Assembly (NCBI GenBank): GCA_026023565.1
Contig: JAPETS010000007.1
Coordinates: forward strand, 372,001-436,000
Origin: Cirrosporium novae-zelandiae
Taxonomy: Eukaryota
DNA: 64,000 nt
Direction: 5' to 3'
Shown: positions 13,544 through 25,961 of the stretch, in pieces
Numbering within the stretch: the stretch's first letter is position 1
Layout: every line of letters begins with the position of its first letter
The notes under the pieces: generated by a model
What the model saw: the letters and a program-made list of their open reading frames with translations, nothing else
Databases searched by the model: none
Told to the model about the DNA's origin: nothing
Program-made: the position numbers and the translations under genes

Positions 13544-14020
13544 ATGAAATTTTTCCTCGACTCGGCCCTAACTCCCCAGACAGCATATCTCGCTAGATCT
13601 GCCTCTACTAGTCCCATTGTCTCTGGATGCTAGATGGACGAATTCCATATTGCAGTTAGAAGACTAATATATTACAGCCACTCTATTAGTTCCTACGAAG
13701 ATCAATCACTGTTGATCACTGAGAATGAGATAGTATCAACGGATAGCGCTGGTGGGGCGGCTATGGCATATTTCGGCGATGATGACACCAAGGTATGTAC
13801 CGACATGGCTCTATGCAAACTCTATAGGCTAACGTGATTTTCAAATTCCAGTTTGACACTGGCCATTAATTTTCTACAGGTCTAGCCAAGGTACCCATGG
13901 CCTGCCTACCTCGTCGTTTTGCTACGATCAATGCTAGTAATGATCTTCTAGACGAAGGGTGCTCGCCAGTGACACAGTTAAAAGCAGCCATAGTCAAGGT
14001 AAAACTTTACTCCTATGCTT
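13544..14020 (+). pseudogene. Possible relic of a small intron-containing gene
   Basis: ATG AAA TTT TTC start after a caca-type context, and a canonical intron (GTATGT...GCTAAC...CAG, 13793-13851) flanked by coding-like sequence. In-frame stops are present and no family is recognisable. Confidence 0.3.
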
Positions 14021-15070
14021 AGGGTGAATAGCTGATCAGGACACATGTGCAATTTCAGGGACCAGGGATACTGAACTCGGGGTTGGATAAATGTGTCCAC
14101 ATGTGCAGATAATATTAATCTCCCTACCATATATTTTAACCAATTATAAAAAAATGTGAGTAAGTGGACAAAAGGGCAATGTAACCCAGCCCAGATGTCC
14201 AGCACTAGATGATATGTCGAGAGAGGACAAGGCAGACTTGAGGAAGACTTGGGCGAGCTTCGGATAATTCGCAAACTTACCCCGCGTCCAAGGCATTCTG
14301 GGTGCGGATGACACAACCTTAACTCGTCCCCCCAGATTAAAGTAATCGTTTTGTTCAACCTCAAAGCTTCAATGCTCAAAATTCTTCTTATCTCACTTCA
14401 ACCCATCCATTGCCCGTCATTCAAATTGCATATCTATAATATTCAAATCTAGCAAATTTTCTATTTCGAAAAGCCCGTTTCATATATCACTCTCACTATT
14501 TTATTTAATCCGTCTATTATGCCTTATTATTAACCAACCAAGCAATTAATATGTTTTTCATTTCTCTTAATTTCCCAAATACTACATGGTAGAATGTGAT
14601 AGCAATTTCTTCCACTTAGCTAACCCTGCAACGCTTAGTCCTTGAAGATACTTCTTCAGCGGTTGTTACATTTTTGCCCTATTTCAGTTGTTCACGTTGG
14701 GTTTAAATCTTCCTGTTGTCCACGCAAAAATCCCAGATGACCTCGGCGCGTGTCCACCCCTGGGCTTCACCCTAGGATCCCCACAAGGATGGCACTCACC
14801 ATCACTACCTAATTTCCCCTTCTGGGCGAATAGGAATTTATTGGGTTGTATTGGTTATTAATGGGAGCATACCTCTTGTTGGACTTGATGGTGGACTAAT
14901 TCATTGCCGTCGGCCTCATGCCCGTGAATCTTCGATCGAGCTATAGCGGAGTATGAGGAAGGCATCTCATGTATATAAAATGCCTCTCATGTCTCTACCT
15001 ACTCGACATCTTTCTTTCAGTAACTTATTTGGACACTTTAGAGTCCTATCCATTCCTTCTTGATTTCGCC

Positions 15071-17838
15071 ATGCATTCTATATCTTGGTTGACCTCTGCT
15101 TCGCTGTTTGCCTGTGCTACCGCACTTGTGGATATCCCTGCAGTCGACGCCGTAGTCAGTTCGGCACTACATTCCTTGTCTGCATACACTGCATATAACG
15201 GTCCTACAGGAACGGCCTCAGCAGCAGCCACCACCACAGCAAAATCCAATTCGTTGATTCATGTGGATGCTGCAGTTTCAGACCCTTCGTACTGGCTTGC
15301 AGACATCACTCATCAGGGTCTCGCAGCTTTTAACTCAGATCCCTCCAGCTACACAGTCTTTCGAAATGTGAAGGACTACGGCGCCGTAGGCGAGTGCATT
15401 AAAGACTCTGAAGTTGTAGTAGAGGTACTAATATGGGCTCAGGGGACGGTGTCACGGACGATACAGCTGCTATCAACTCGGCTATTAGCAGCGGCGGCCG
15501 TTATGGTCCAAGTAGCCGGGAGTCATCGACGACAACTCCTGCTATTGTCTATTTTCCTGCAGGGACTTACCTCATTTCATCTTCCATTATTGATTACTAC
15601 ATGACCCAACTTATCGGAAACCCAAATTCTCCAGCTGTGATCAAGGCAACATCGGGATTCAGTGGACTAGGGTTGATTGATGGAGATCAATATCAATCCG
15701 ATGGAGATCAAGGGTGGTCATCGACTAATGTATTCCTGCGGCAAATCCGAAATCTGGTGATTGATATGACTTCAATCCCAGGAAGTTCATCTGCAACTGG
15801 AATTCATTGGCCTACTGCACAGGCAACAAGCATCCAAAATGTTGTTATTTATATGAGTGAAGTCTCTGGGACACAGCATCAGGGTCTCTTCATTGAGAAT
15901 GGTAAGATCCTACTGCAGATTCACGTTTATGATTCATCTTGGACTCATTTATGCGTCTAGGCTCTGCTGGTTTCTTAACTGATGTGGTGATCATCGGTGG
16001 TCTCTACGGCGCTAATATTGGCAATCAGCAATACACAATGCGAAACCTGACTATCTCTAATGCGGTCACCGGTATTTCCCAGATCTGGAACTGGGGCTGG
16101 ACCTATCAAGGTATTACAATCACTAACTGCACAACGGCATTCGACATGTCAAATGGTGGTTCTTCTGACCAAGAAGTTGGCTCAGTGAACATCATTGATA
16201 GCACTATTACTGACTGTTCGATTTTCATTTCAACTGCCTTTCTCACAACCGAATCACCATACACCAATGGAAGTCTAATTATTGAAAATGTCGAGCTTAG
16301 CAATGTGCCTATTGCTGTGGAAGGCCCAAGCTCAACTCTCCTGACAGGCACAACTGGAACAATGACTATTAGTGGATGGGGTCAGGGTAATGAGTATACG
16401 CCGAATGGCCCTACAACGTTTCAAGGCATCTTTACACCAGTCACGCGCCCCGAATCGCTTCTGAGTGGTGACAGCTATTATACAATGTCAAAACCCCAGT
16501 ACGCCTCTGTATCTTCGTCCTCTATCTTAAGCGTTCGCGATGCTGGCGCAACAGGGGACGGCTCGACCGACGACACCTCCGCTATCCAAGCTGCGCTTAC
16601 GGAAGGTGCTGCTAATGGTCAGATTGTTTTCTTTGACCAAGGGGTGTACAAGGTTACAAGTACGATCTATATACCCCCTGGTTCCCAGATCGTTGGTGAG
16701 ACTTATCCGGTGATAATGTCTAGTGGAAGCACTTGGGAAACGATGAGTAATCCAATACCTGTCGTGCAGGTCGGCAAGCCTGGCGAATCTGGTATAATTC
16801 AATGGTCAGACATGATTGTAAGCACTCAGGGATCTCAACCAGGTGCCGTTCTTATTGAGTGGAATTTGGAAGCTAGCGAAGGCTCTGGGATGTGGGATGT
16901 CCATACTCGAATTGGAGGCTTTTCCGGATCTGACCTCCAAGTGGCGGAGTGTCCAACGAGCGCTGCTGTCTCGTCGAGCTGTTATGGTGCATACATGTCA
17001 ATGCATATCACTAGCTATGCCTCCGGTGCCTACTTAGAAAATGTTTGGCTGTGGACAGCAGACCACGACTTAGACGATGCTAGTAATACGCAAATTTCGG
17101 TATATACTGGACGTGGGCTTCTTGTTGAGTCGTCTTCCACGACTTGGCTGTAAGTATATATATTCCTTTGCTGGGTTTATTCTACTTGAGTATCATGTTC
17201 ACATTCACTAACATCACTCTCCAATTCTAGTATTGGCACAGGCGTCGAACACCATTCGCTCTACCAATTCCAACTATCAGAAACTAGCTCCGTCATGGCC
17301 GGTTTTATCCAGACGGAGACCCCGTATATCTCCCTTCAAGCACATATTCTCCAGAGTTTCTGACGAGTAACTGCAGATACTATATGCCTGACCCTGATGT
17401 CTTGAACTCACCATATCCAACAAATTCAACCCTCAACGACCCCACATATAGCAACTGCTTATCCGGAAACTGTGATGCTCTCGGCCTTCGCATCTATAAT
17501 AGCCAAAATGTTTTCATCTACGGCGCAGGTCTTTATAGCTTCTTTAATGACTATAGCACTACCTGCTCAGATGCCCCTGGGCTTGAAAACTGCCAGTCTG
17601 AGATCTTTCAGGTTGATGGGGATGAGACAAGTGATATCTGGGTGAGTAGCAAGATGACCGGAATCTGTGAGCAGAGTATGGAAGAGGGAAATGCTGATAT
17701 GGTATCAACTAGGTTTACTCGCTTGTTACTGTCGGCACTACAAATATGATTGACATCGAGGGGACTAGCTATGCGTTATACTCCGACAACCTCAATGTAT
17801 ACCCTGACACCATAGCGTACTTTACCTATGATATTTAA
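15071..17838 (+). CDS. Secreted GH55 exo-beta-1,3-glucanase (beta-helix, two pectate_lyase_3 repeats), 6 exons
   Basis: Signal peptide MHSISWLTSASLFACATA. Motifs VFRNVKDYGAVGDGVTDDTAAIN, VYFPAGTY, IHWPTAQATS, GATGDGSTDDT, GMWDVHTRIGG, ENVWLWTADHDLD, EHHSLYQ and QTETPYY. Confidence 0.95.
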
Positions 17839-18221
17839 GGCGACTGACTAACTACATTAAAACCAGGTCCTCCGGCATGGGGGCTAATTTACTTTGTCAA
17901 CTCTTGACTAGCGTGGCTAGAGAAGTAGATAAATATATATCAACAATAGGAACAGCTAGCACAAATATCAATTACGCTCTCTTATATATTTGGGATTTCA
18001 AATTCTATTTTCATTCAGCAAGTGAGGCTAGATGGAAGGGGTGGCACCGTGAGTAGCAGTGGCAAAATAAGCATTGTTGAGTGAAGATTGACAGGTTATT
18101 ACTAAGTAGCTGCTCCGAAGTATATTATATTCAAGGTTCAGGACAGCTTTGATTTAGTATCAGCAAGGTGGCAAGCAACATCAGATTGTTCCAGTTAGTT
18201 TTGTTGGCGTGGTTGGGTAGG

Positions 18222-18267
18222 CTGTTAGCCTTGTTAGCTCTGTTAGCTCTGTTAGCTCTGTTAGCCA
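18222..18267. repeat. 9-bp tandem repeat (CTGTTAGCY) x5
   Basis: Direct reading: ctgttagcc ttgttagct ctgttagct ctgttagct ctgttagcc. Confidence 0.85.
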
Positions 18268-18975
18268 CCGACGGCACAGGAACAAGGATTCCCTGGCCTT
18301 GTGTTTTTCCGACCCTCCGACCCTCAGAATCATCCCATTCTTACATCTACAATACTCTATCCATCTTCTCGCGGGGTACCCCGAAAAACATCGTTGTGTG
18401 CTATTCTATAGCTATGCTAGCTGTGCCTCAACATCCATGATACGTGTAACTAACGATACTCAGCCAGACCTACATCTTAGTATTACCTAGTCGTTTCCAG
18501 TTTATGTGTTATGACTCAAATACTGTCTTACCCTGCTATCCGGATTTCCAGGCTCCACGTCGTTAACTGTTGGCCTGCTCTCAACAAACCCCATACATGA
18601 CCAACCGAGCTATTGCTTTTTTCAACCTTTCATGCAATCACATCCTGTCATTTTCACCTTCCATCCAGTTGGAAGGAAATCTTGACAATGTCGTACAAAT
18701 TTGGCAGTCCATCTGATCTGGAGGGTGGAGCGGCAAGTGGAGTCGGAGTGGAGCGCTCTCACCGCCATGGTTTTAACTTTTCTTGCATCTTATATCGCCA
18801 CGGCCCACTCTGCGGCTCCCTCGCTCCTATTATTTGCCCGTCTTTCAAATGATCCCTTCTAGAAGGGATAGCGCCGCATTACCGTAAATGGTTTATTGGG
18901 TCCCCGATGATCACTACTTCGAACATGGCAACCAGCTTTGAAATCCCCGGAAAAGTCAGATAGAGATGGTGTCCA

Positions 18976-19731
18976 ATGTCGCTTACCAGCCCCGGAGCTT
19001 CCTACTGTCCTGTGTTTAAGAGTAAGGGGAGTTTCCATTTCTCAATTCAAGATCCATCAAAATCTTGTCTAAGAGACGCTGAAACGAAATACAACAACAC
19101 TGCAGAATACAATACTTCAGTACCTACGCCAATCTTCAGGTTGATCATTATCCTTGCCACTACCTCGGTGCCTGGTGCAACATCGCCTTCTCGTCAACAT
19201 CTCCCACGTACTCGATTTTGGCGGCCTATTGAATTTACCAGCTGCAATTTCGAGTGCGTTTGCCAGGAGTTAGCCGATCTAGCCATCCCAGCTGGATACG
19301 ACAAACCAAGCCAACAATATACAAATATCTATGGCAACACCACAACCTCTTTCTCTAACCCCATCGGGTGGTATGAAGACTTCTCAACCTGTAAGCTCGT
19401 ATCTCTTATTTATGTATTCTATCACGAGAAGATTAACTCATCTTTTCCCCTCCAGAGTCCTAAGACACCCTCGTCGCTCTCTGGCTCCCCACCCTCCGAA
19501 TATCCATTTCCCGTTCTCACTAAATCTACCAGCGGCACATTTACCGCACGGCCGCAAGACGAGCGACTACTATGTGGCCTCTGCAATAAATTTGCAAAGA
19601 GAACATACTTTAGCGACCAAGAAAGCAAGTGCATTGAGTTCGACTTGAGACCTTCGCTTCGGATATGCAATTTTTGCAAGCGAAGAGCGAGTCGTGCACT
19701 TGATGAAGAAGTCCTCTACGATGATTGTTAG
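18976..19731 (+). CDS. Hypothetical protein with C-terminal CxxC...CxxC pair
   Basis: 251-aa ORF with LCGLCNK and ICNFCKR near the end. No family recognised; the true start and exon structure are uncertain. Confidence 0.3.
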   Translation: MSLTSPGASYCPVFKSKGSFHFSIQDPSKSCLRDAETKYNNTAEYNTSVPTPIFRLIIILATTSVPGATSPSRQHLPRTRFWRPIEFTSCNFECVCQELADLAIPAGYDKPSQQYTNIYGNTTTSFSNPIGWYEDFSTCKLVSLIYVFYHEKINSSFPLQSPKTPSSLSGSPPSEYPFPVLTKSTSGTFTARPQDERLLCGLCNKFAKRTYFSDQESKCIEFDLRPSLRICNFCKRRASRALDEEVLYDDC

Positions 19732-21049
19732 CTACGTAGGCTGAGAACTATAACATTTGGATGGGAAGGCTTTCGGGATTATATACACATGGGCTAACGC
19801 GATGATATTTATGAATGGGATCCCTCCACTATATCAAGGAGGCATTTGGTTCTTTACACAATGTATTAGTTGTTATTGATGATAATGGATGATAATGGAT
19901 GATTACGGCGTTCGGGAGGTTTGGATCAACAGCTGTCTTATGATCAGCAAGCTTAACTGGCGGTAGACAAGATATCGTTCCACTATTCGTGTGCAAATTT
20001 ACTAGGTCTATTGGACATTGAGCATCAAGCAGCCTGAGAAGTAGCATAGCATATTACACACGCGTCAATTGGTTGATATTATAATAAAGATTGCATTGCA
20101 AATTCATAAGTAAATGTGTGGATAAAAGTGGCTGAGATCACTATCTGGTGTCTTTCTACTGACTTAGCCATCTAAGGAGCTTGCTATGAGCTTGACATGA
20201 GGATAAATATCCATTAGACGACAAAATATAGTGTTTTGTCATTATCTGCACATATGTATTCTACAACTCAGTTCTTCATGCACTACTAATTGTGTGTATG
20301 GTGGTTAGAAGCTCCACAAGACTAGAGTTTTTTAGTGCGAGCGCAGAACAAGAGCGCCTCTACTGCGGAGTCATGGCGATCGGTGCATGAGTAGACAAGG
20401 ACGGGGTTATTCTGAGGATTAGCCAAGGCGGGATCTAGTTGATTGTAGATTAGCTTTTGATTTAGCCGTACTAAACTCTACTAAGTAATAAATAATTAGG
20501 GCCCTCATCATCGAAAAGGCTTTCTTTCTCACCTTAGATTATTACTTAGTGAGTAGTGGATCATGGGGAAAAGAAAGCTCTAATTACAACATAGTAGCTA
20601 ACCAGTCTAACTAAAATCTGAAAACCAGAACTCTGTCTCTCTCATAAGGCATCGGTATCCTGTCGTCCTGGCGGAAATGAAAAGATAGCAAAAAAAACAT
20701 CAAAAGCGCTAAGCAGCTAAAATATAATACGAATCTACCAATCACTTCCTTACTTGTGGAGGATGTGATGGCCAGTCTCGTGCCCATATGCCATAAGGAG
20801 GATTCGGTTTATTCGGTCCAACCACTCTCCGCGCATGAATATTACGGAAGTTCCACTAGCCGTGCTCTACCGGATCCTCCAAGCCAACTTTGCATCCGTG
20901 AATACTTTGCAATCTTGAGGCTGACAGGCAGGCATTTTGCATCTCCTAAAGTTTAGAGCAAATGATAATACAAGCCAATATGTCTAAACAAATTCACCAG
21001 AATTTCCTCTGCAGATGCTCCCTCCTCTATCCATCTGCACTGAGAAGTT

Positions 21050-22163
21050 ATGGAGTCATTACGGAATGCCGTTGAGCCTGGCTGTGAGTTGCTACTCAGG
21101 ATTACACACTCGTTTGAAACTTAATAGCGCTGATGATGATACCATAGCTATTGCCCTCGCATTCACCATTGGTACGCTGATCAATAGGCGACGCAGACAC
21201 AGAAAGCCAATAACTTCCAATGAAGATGGTCTCATACGCCCTCCTGATTCTCTCCGAGACAATCCTCCAGCTCCTCCACACCTTTTCGGAAGGTTCTTGA
21301 ATTATTTCCCATTTCTACTGGAGATATGGTATTGGAACTTGACCTACTGGGTATGCAACATTATGTACCTCTATCTACGAACAATGCTTACCTTCTAATA
21401 GGTCTATCAACTTGCTCGGGCATATTCAGCTTGTCGAATCCGCGGAAATGAGTCTATCTTGTCTCTTGCTCGCTCTCATGCCCTTTCGATCCTTAGCTTC
21501 GAGCATCACATAGGTATCGACATTGAGCTTGGCCTTCAAAGGTATATCCTCCAGGAGACGCCAAGTCTGATGGCTGTCTTGGCTAGGATATACTACTCAC
21601 ACATATTTGTCGGGGTCGTTTTCATCATATATATCTATACCTATCTCCCTCGTACTCTTTTCCGGCGTATTCGGCGTACAATAGCCGTTGACAATTTGTT
21701 GGCATTCATCGTCATTACAACTTGGCGTTGCATGCCGCCACGCCTGCTACCAGAAGATTATGGGTTTGTGGATATTCTTCACAATGGACGGCAATCTGCG
21801 TGGAACCACAATCGATTCCAATTGACCATCGCTGCTATGCCAAGTCTTCATTTTGGGACTGCGGCTTTTATCGGGGTTTGCCTATTTAGATTTGCACCCC
21901 ATCGCTGGATCAGAATTTTGGCACCCCTATGGCCAGCGGCAATGCTAATTACAATCTTGTCGACGGCAAATCATTTCATATTGGATGCTGTGGTGGGATC
22001 GATGATCCCGGTACTTGGATGGAGGCTTAATAAGACTATCTTAGTGCTTGAACCTTGGGAAGCCTGGGTCTTCCGGCTGTGTAGGATGAAAAGGCTGGAT
22101 ATAGATGACGAAGATGGACTAGAGAATTTCGACCCACCAAAGGCATCGAACTGGTTGATTTAA
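21050..22163 (+). CDS. Integral membrane protein, PAP2_3 (Aur1/Ipt1-like phosphotransferase fold), 3 exons
   Basis: MESLRNAVEP, FTIGTLINR, FPFLLEIWYW..TYWVYQL, CMPPRLLP, IAAMPSLHFG and TANHFILDA. GT-AG intron donors at 21084 and 21351. Confidence 0.88.
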
Positions 22164-22429
22164 CTGATATCCATCAATTTTTTTAAAACATTACCTTCAG
22201 AAACTAGACTCGGATGTGTATCTTGTCTTAACTGTGATTGAATGGAGGGTAGTAATCCTCCACTCACCGCGAATATCTTAATGAAAAGCCGTGGCATCTT
22301 GCATATTATATACCTTCTACCTTCAAATCGCTATCACTACAATGAGTCTAATGAAATTGGTATTGCTATAGAGAACCAACACTAGAATCAGTTAACCCTG
22401 ATAGATGTTGATAATAAAATATCTGCTGC

Positions 22430-23552
22430 TCAGCCAAAGGTGTCGCCCACAAGCTGTTCACTGACTTGCCACAGCTTTTGCGCAACAGACCTATCCAGAA
22501 TAACAGAGGCTGCTGCCTTGTCGGAGAGGATCCCATCTACCACGACATATCCTTTATCGTCTATTAAAACGTCAACCCTGTAAATTCCTATATACTTGGC
22601 CTTCGCACCGAAACCTACTTTTGAGAGAATGGTTAAAAGCAGCGATAATTCCCGATGAAGCACCTTCCGAAGTTGTTTTGGTCTTGATGGAAGAGCTTAT
22701 GTTCCCATGGTCGTCTACCCATCCTATCAAGTACAAGTTTTAGAGATTAACTGGATACATTCATAGATGGAGCTTACCAAGAGTTTTGAATTCTTCTTGT
22801 GAGACGCTTCTTGCCAACGAGGTTGTCACGATAATGCCTGGATCCACAGCGAAGGAGCGCAAACCACGGTCCCCGAAGTGCTGAGCCAAACCAACCGAAA
22901 ATAATACATTTGCCGCCTTAGAATTAGCATATGCCAGCCACTTGTTATAGTTATTGCCGTCTCTGTAGTTGATATCGTCCAAATTCAGGTTTGCCCGCTG
23001 ATGAGCCTCGCTTGTGTAGGTTGCAACGGCCGCCCCATCTTGTGAGAGGAGAAGCTTGTCGATTAACAGGTTAGTGAATAGAAAATGACCTAGATGGTTG
23101 ACTGCAAATTGCATTTCGACTCCATCAGCTGAAGTCTGAAACGTTGGAATTGCCATGACACCAGCGGTTAAGATCAGGGCATCGATACATGTCACCCACT
23201 TGGAGACTTTAAAGGCAGCGGTACGAACTGATTCTAAGGAGGATAGATCAAGATGCAGAGGAAGCACTATGGTTCCGAGAGGTATAACGAAGGAGCGGAT
23301 AACATCTGCAATTTTGTGCTCGTCTTGGCTAGCTAGAATCAGTTGTCTAGGCTTGTGAGCGATCAAGGCTCTAGCAGTGTCTGCCCCAAGACTCTTCGGG
23401 CTCACTCCTGTTATAAGGACTGACGGTTTAGTTAGTAAATATAAGTATTCTCAAAATAAAGGACTAGGGTACTTGCTGGTTTTATCACGAATCGAAGTGC
23501 TTAAAGCTGAGGCAGCTTCATCCGAGGTTGTATGGGGTCCAAATGGTACCAT
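22430..23552 (-). CDS. Short-chain dehydrogenase/reductase, 4 exons
   Basis: MVPFGPHTTSDE, ILITGVSPKSLG, AGVMA, QFAVNHLGHFLFTNLL, catalytic YANSK, VDPG and KLWQVSEQLV. Confidence 0.9.
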
Positions 23553-23859
23553 GGTTTCTATCTTAGAACTTTTCCTATATTTTTAGTCATAGGACGCACA
23601 TTAGTCTTACATATTGCCATGAGCTTTTGCTGATCATAGTCCTTTATATTTTCTATTTCTTCATGGATGGTTTCAGTCTATCTCTACTGTTCTTGAGTTT
23701 AGATGTTATCAGCGACTCTTGCTTACGTTGCTCATTAGATTTTCAACGTCAGCAGTCAGCATTTTCCAAAATTCCAATTTCATTTGAATTTTTACACTAC
23801 GACTATCATTATTTCTGCATCCCTAGGATTGACCTTCAAGATTGTTCATTGACTCGTCG

Positions 23860-25490
23860 ATGTCTGAATCAAGCCGGTCCTTTCGAGGAGCTCGTAAACC
23901 AGTTTCTGATGCTAGGAAACTACAGAATCGTGTGGCGCAGAAAGCCTATCGCAAGTCTTGCCGTCACATCCTATTCCATCTAAATGACTGACTCTCCCAT
24001 TAGGAGATAGAAAGAAGCAGCATCTACAGCATCTTGAGCAATTGCTAGCTTCAGTTAAGCAAGATACGTTGCTTATAGATCCTCATGCAAGTGATGCTTC
24101 CTCGCTGCGGCCGGCAGTTGGGTCTGGCCGACCCGAACTAGCATTTAATGCAGAAGGCAATACAACAAGTCCTGGGTTGTTGACTGACGTTCTTATCCCA
24201 CCGGTCACCATTACTCGGACATCAGACCAGCCCAGTCTAGTTTCGAATTTCGACTCTGCCATGGACAACTCAAGGCTGCCTAACATTGCCATAGTAGATG
24301 GCGGGCGGGGATCTCGAGGCAAAGTTCAGGATGTGCACGATGACGTTTGGCAGACATCAGCTTTACCTCCTTGGGAATACGTTGAGTCTAGTCCGCATGA
24401 CGTGGTAGGATTTGAGGCATTTCTTACCAGGAGAGAAGAAGACACCGGTTCTCTTTATTCCTACCAACAGCCCGAACTCCAACAGGCACCACAAATAGGC
24501 TATTCACCAGATATTGCTGAGACACATCTAGTTGAATATCCTTCGTATAGCTCGTCGCCACGAACAATAACGATCTATAGACCAGGGGGGGAGACGCATT
24601 ACTTCCTCCCGGGCGATATTCGCAATTACATTTTGTCCCTTTCTTCTCAATCTCGGAAACGACTTGGAGACATGGCAAAAGAACGACTCGCTCGCTTCGT
24701 AGACGTCATTTGTTCTAATATCATCTCATCCAATATACCGTCTATATGCGTCGATCCCCAACTATTAGCAGATGGTCTAGACACCCCGACGCCACTCATA
24801 CCCTCATCCCAAGCCCTGGATGAGTCTAATGAAATGGAATCTCATGGAAACCAATTTTTTACAAGCCAAGGTACTCCATTGGCGAAGAAAGTTTATCCCG
24901 AGCCATTTTCTCCATACTTGAACACGCTTCGGATCGGCCGCTTCTCATACTTTTCTGCTATTTTCGCCAACTCGGCAGCATTGGGGTTTGATTTCTCATA
25001 TTTTCTCGACGAATCATGCCTTTCTCCATTCTGTGTTTCTTCTTCTTCTTCTTCTTCTTCTTCTTCTTCTTCTTTTTCTCTTTCGGCATCATTCAACACG
25101 GTTCCCTTGGATCTTCGTCCTATAGACCTCCAACTGACCACATTACATCACCCTTATATCGACGTACTCCCATTCCCAATCTTTCGCAAGAGAGTTCTCG
25201 CAGCGTTATCAAGTAACCCGCCATTAGTGGATGAAGACGAACTGTGTATTGATCTCATGCTTCATGATGGTCTAGTATGCTGGGGTTCGATGGGAGAGCA
25301 AGGGATGGATCGAGGTAGCCCATGGGAAGGTCGAAGCTGGGAAGCCAAGAGCTGGTTTCTTGATAAGTGGTGGTGGCTAGTCGGAGGTGAAGAAGAGGAA
25401 CTATGGCGTGGATCCCGATGGTGGGCGTCTATCAGGGGAGAAAAGGTTAGCATGCCAAATAAATCAGGTCGTCGAGATGTCGCCATTTGA
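23860..25490 (+). CDS. bZIP transcription factor with C-terminal DUF3425 domain
   Basis: Exon 1 (23860-23950) gives ARKLQNRVAQKAYR, joined across a GC-AG intron (23951-24003) to DRKKQHLQHLEQL. C-terminal LRPIDLQ..HHPYIDVLPFPIFRKR and PWEGRSWEAKSWFLDKWWWL. Confidence 0.9.
25038..25073 (+). repeat. (TCT)12 microsatellite encoding poly-Ser in the bZIP/DUF3425 protein
   Basis: Direct reading; in frame with the 24042-25490 ORF. Confidence 0.9.
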
Positions 25491-25961
25491 GTGAAGAAGG
25501 TGCTAATAAGCCTTTGCTGGACTAATCTGATGAATTGAGAACACTGGATCAGAGAGTATCTAGCCTGCAGCACCCAGACCGTAACATTGTTATCCAGACC
25601 TTAGCCCTGCTGAAATAGTACGAACCTAAGAAAGAATTATTATTGTTAATGCTTCCTGGTTAGAAAGGTCTATACTTCTGTTGATGCAGTAACTGCTTCG
25701 ATATAGAGTAAGAATAAAGAATGAAAGATTTCGACCCAGTTATTTTTGATCCTAGATGCAAGATATATTTCTAGAAACGCTGGCATTTGTTGTCAATTTT
25801 AATAGTCTATCTATCAAAAGACATAAAAGAAAGAAACAAAACCCTTCTATATATAATTATGGCGTAAACCCTGTTCCATATACATCTGCTTACCTATTTG
25901 AGATAGATAGCAAAATCTCGCAACATCAATGCGGGCCCCTTGAACCAAGTACAAGGAACCT

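Noticed and set aside
18168..18440. Signal-peptide-like LLALLALLA ORF
   Set aside because: The hydrophobic run is produced by the 9-bp minisatellite, the start is GTG, and there is no other support.
24893..25216. Poly-Glu and poly-Phe ORFs
   Set aside because: These are alternate-frame or antisense readings of the (TCT)n tract in the bZIP gene.
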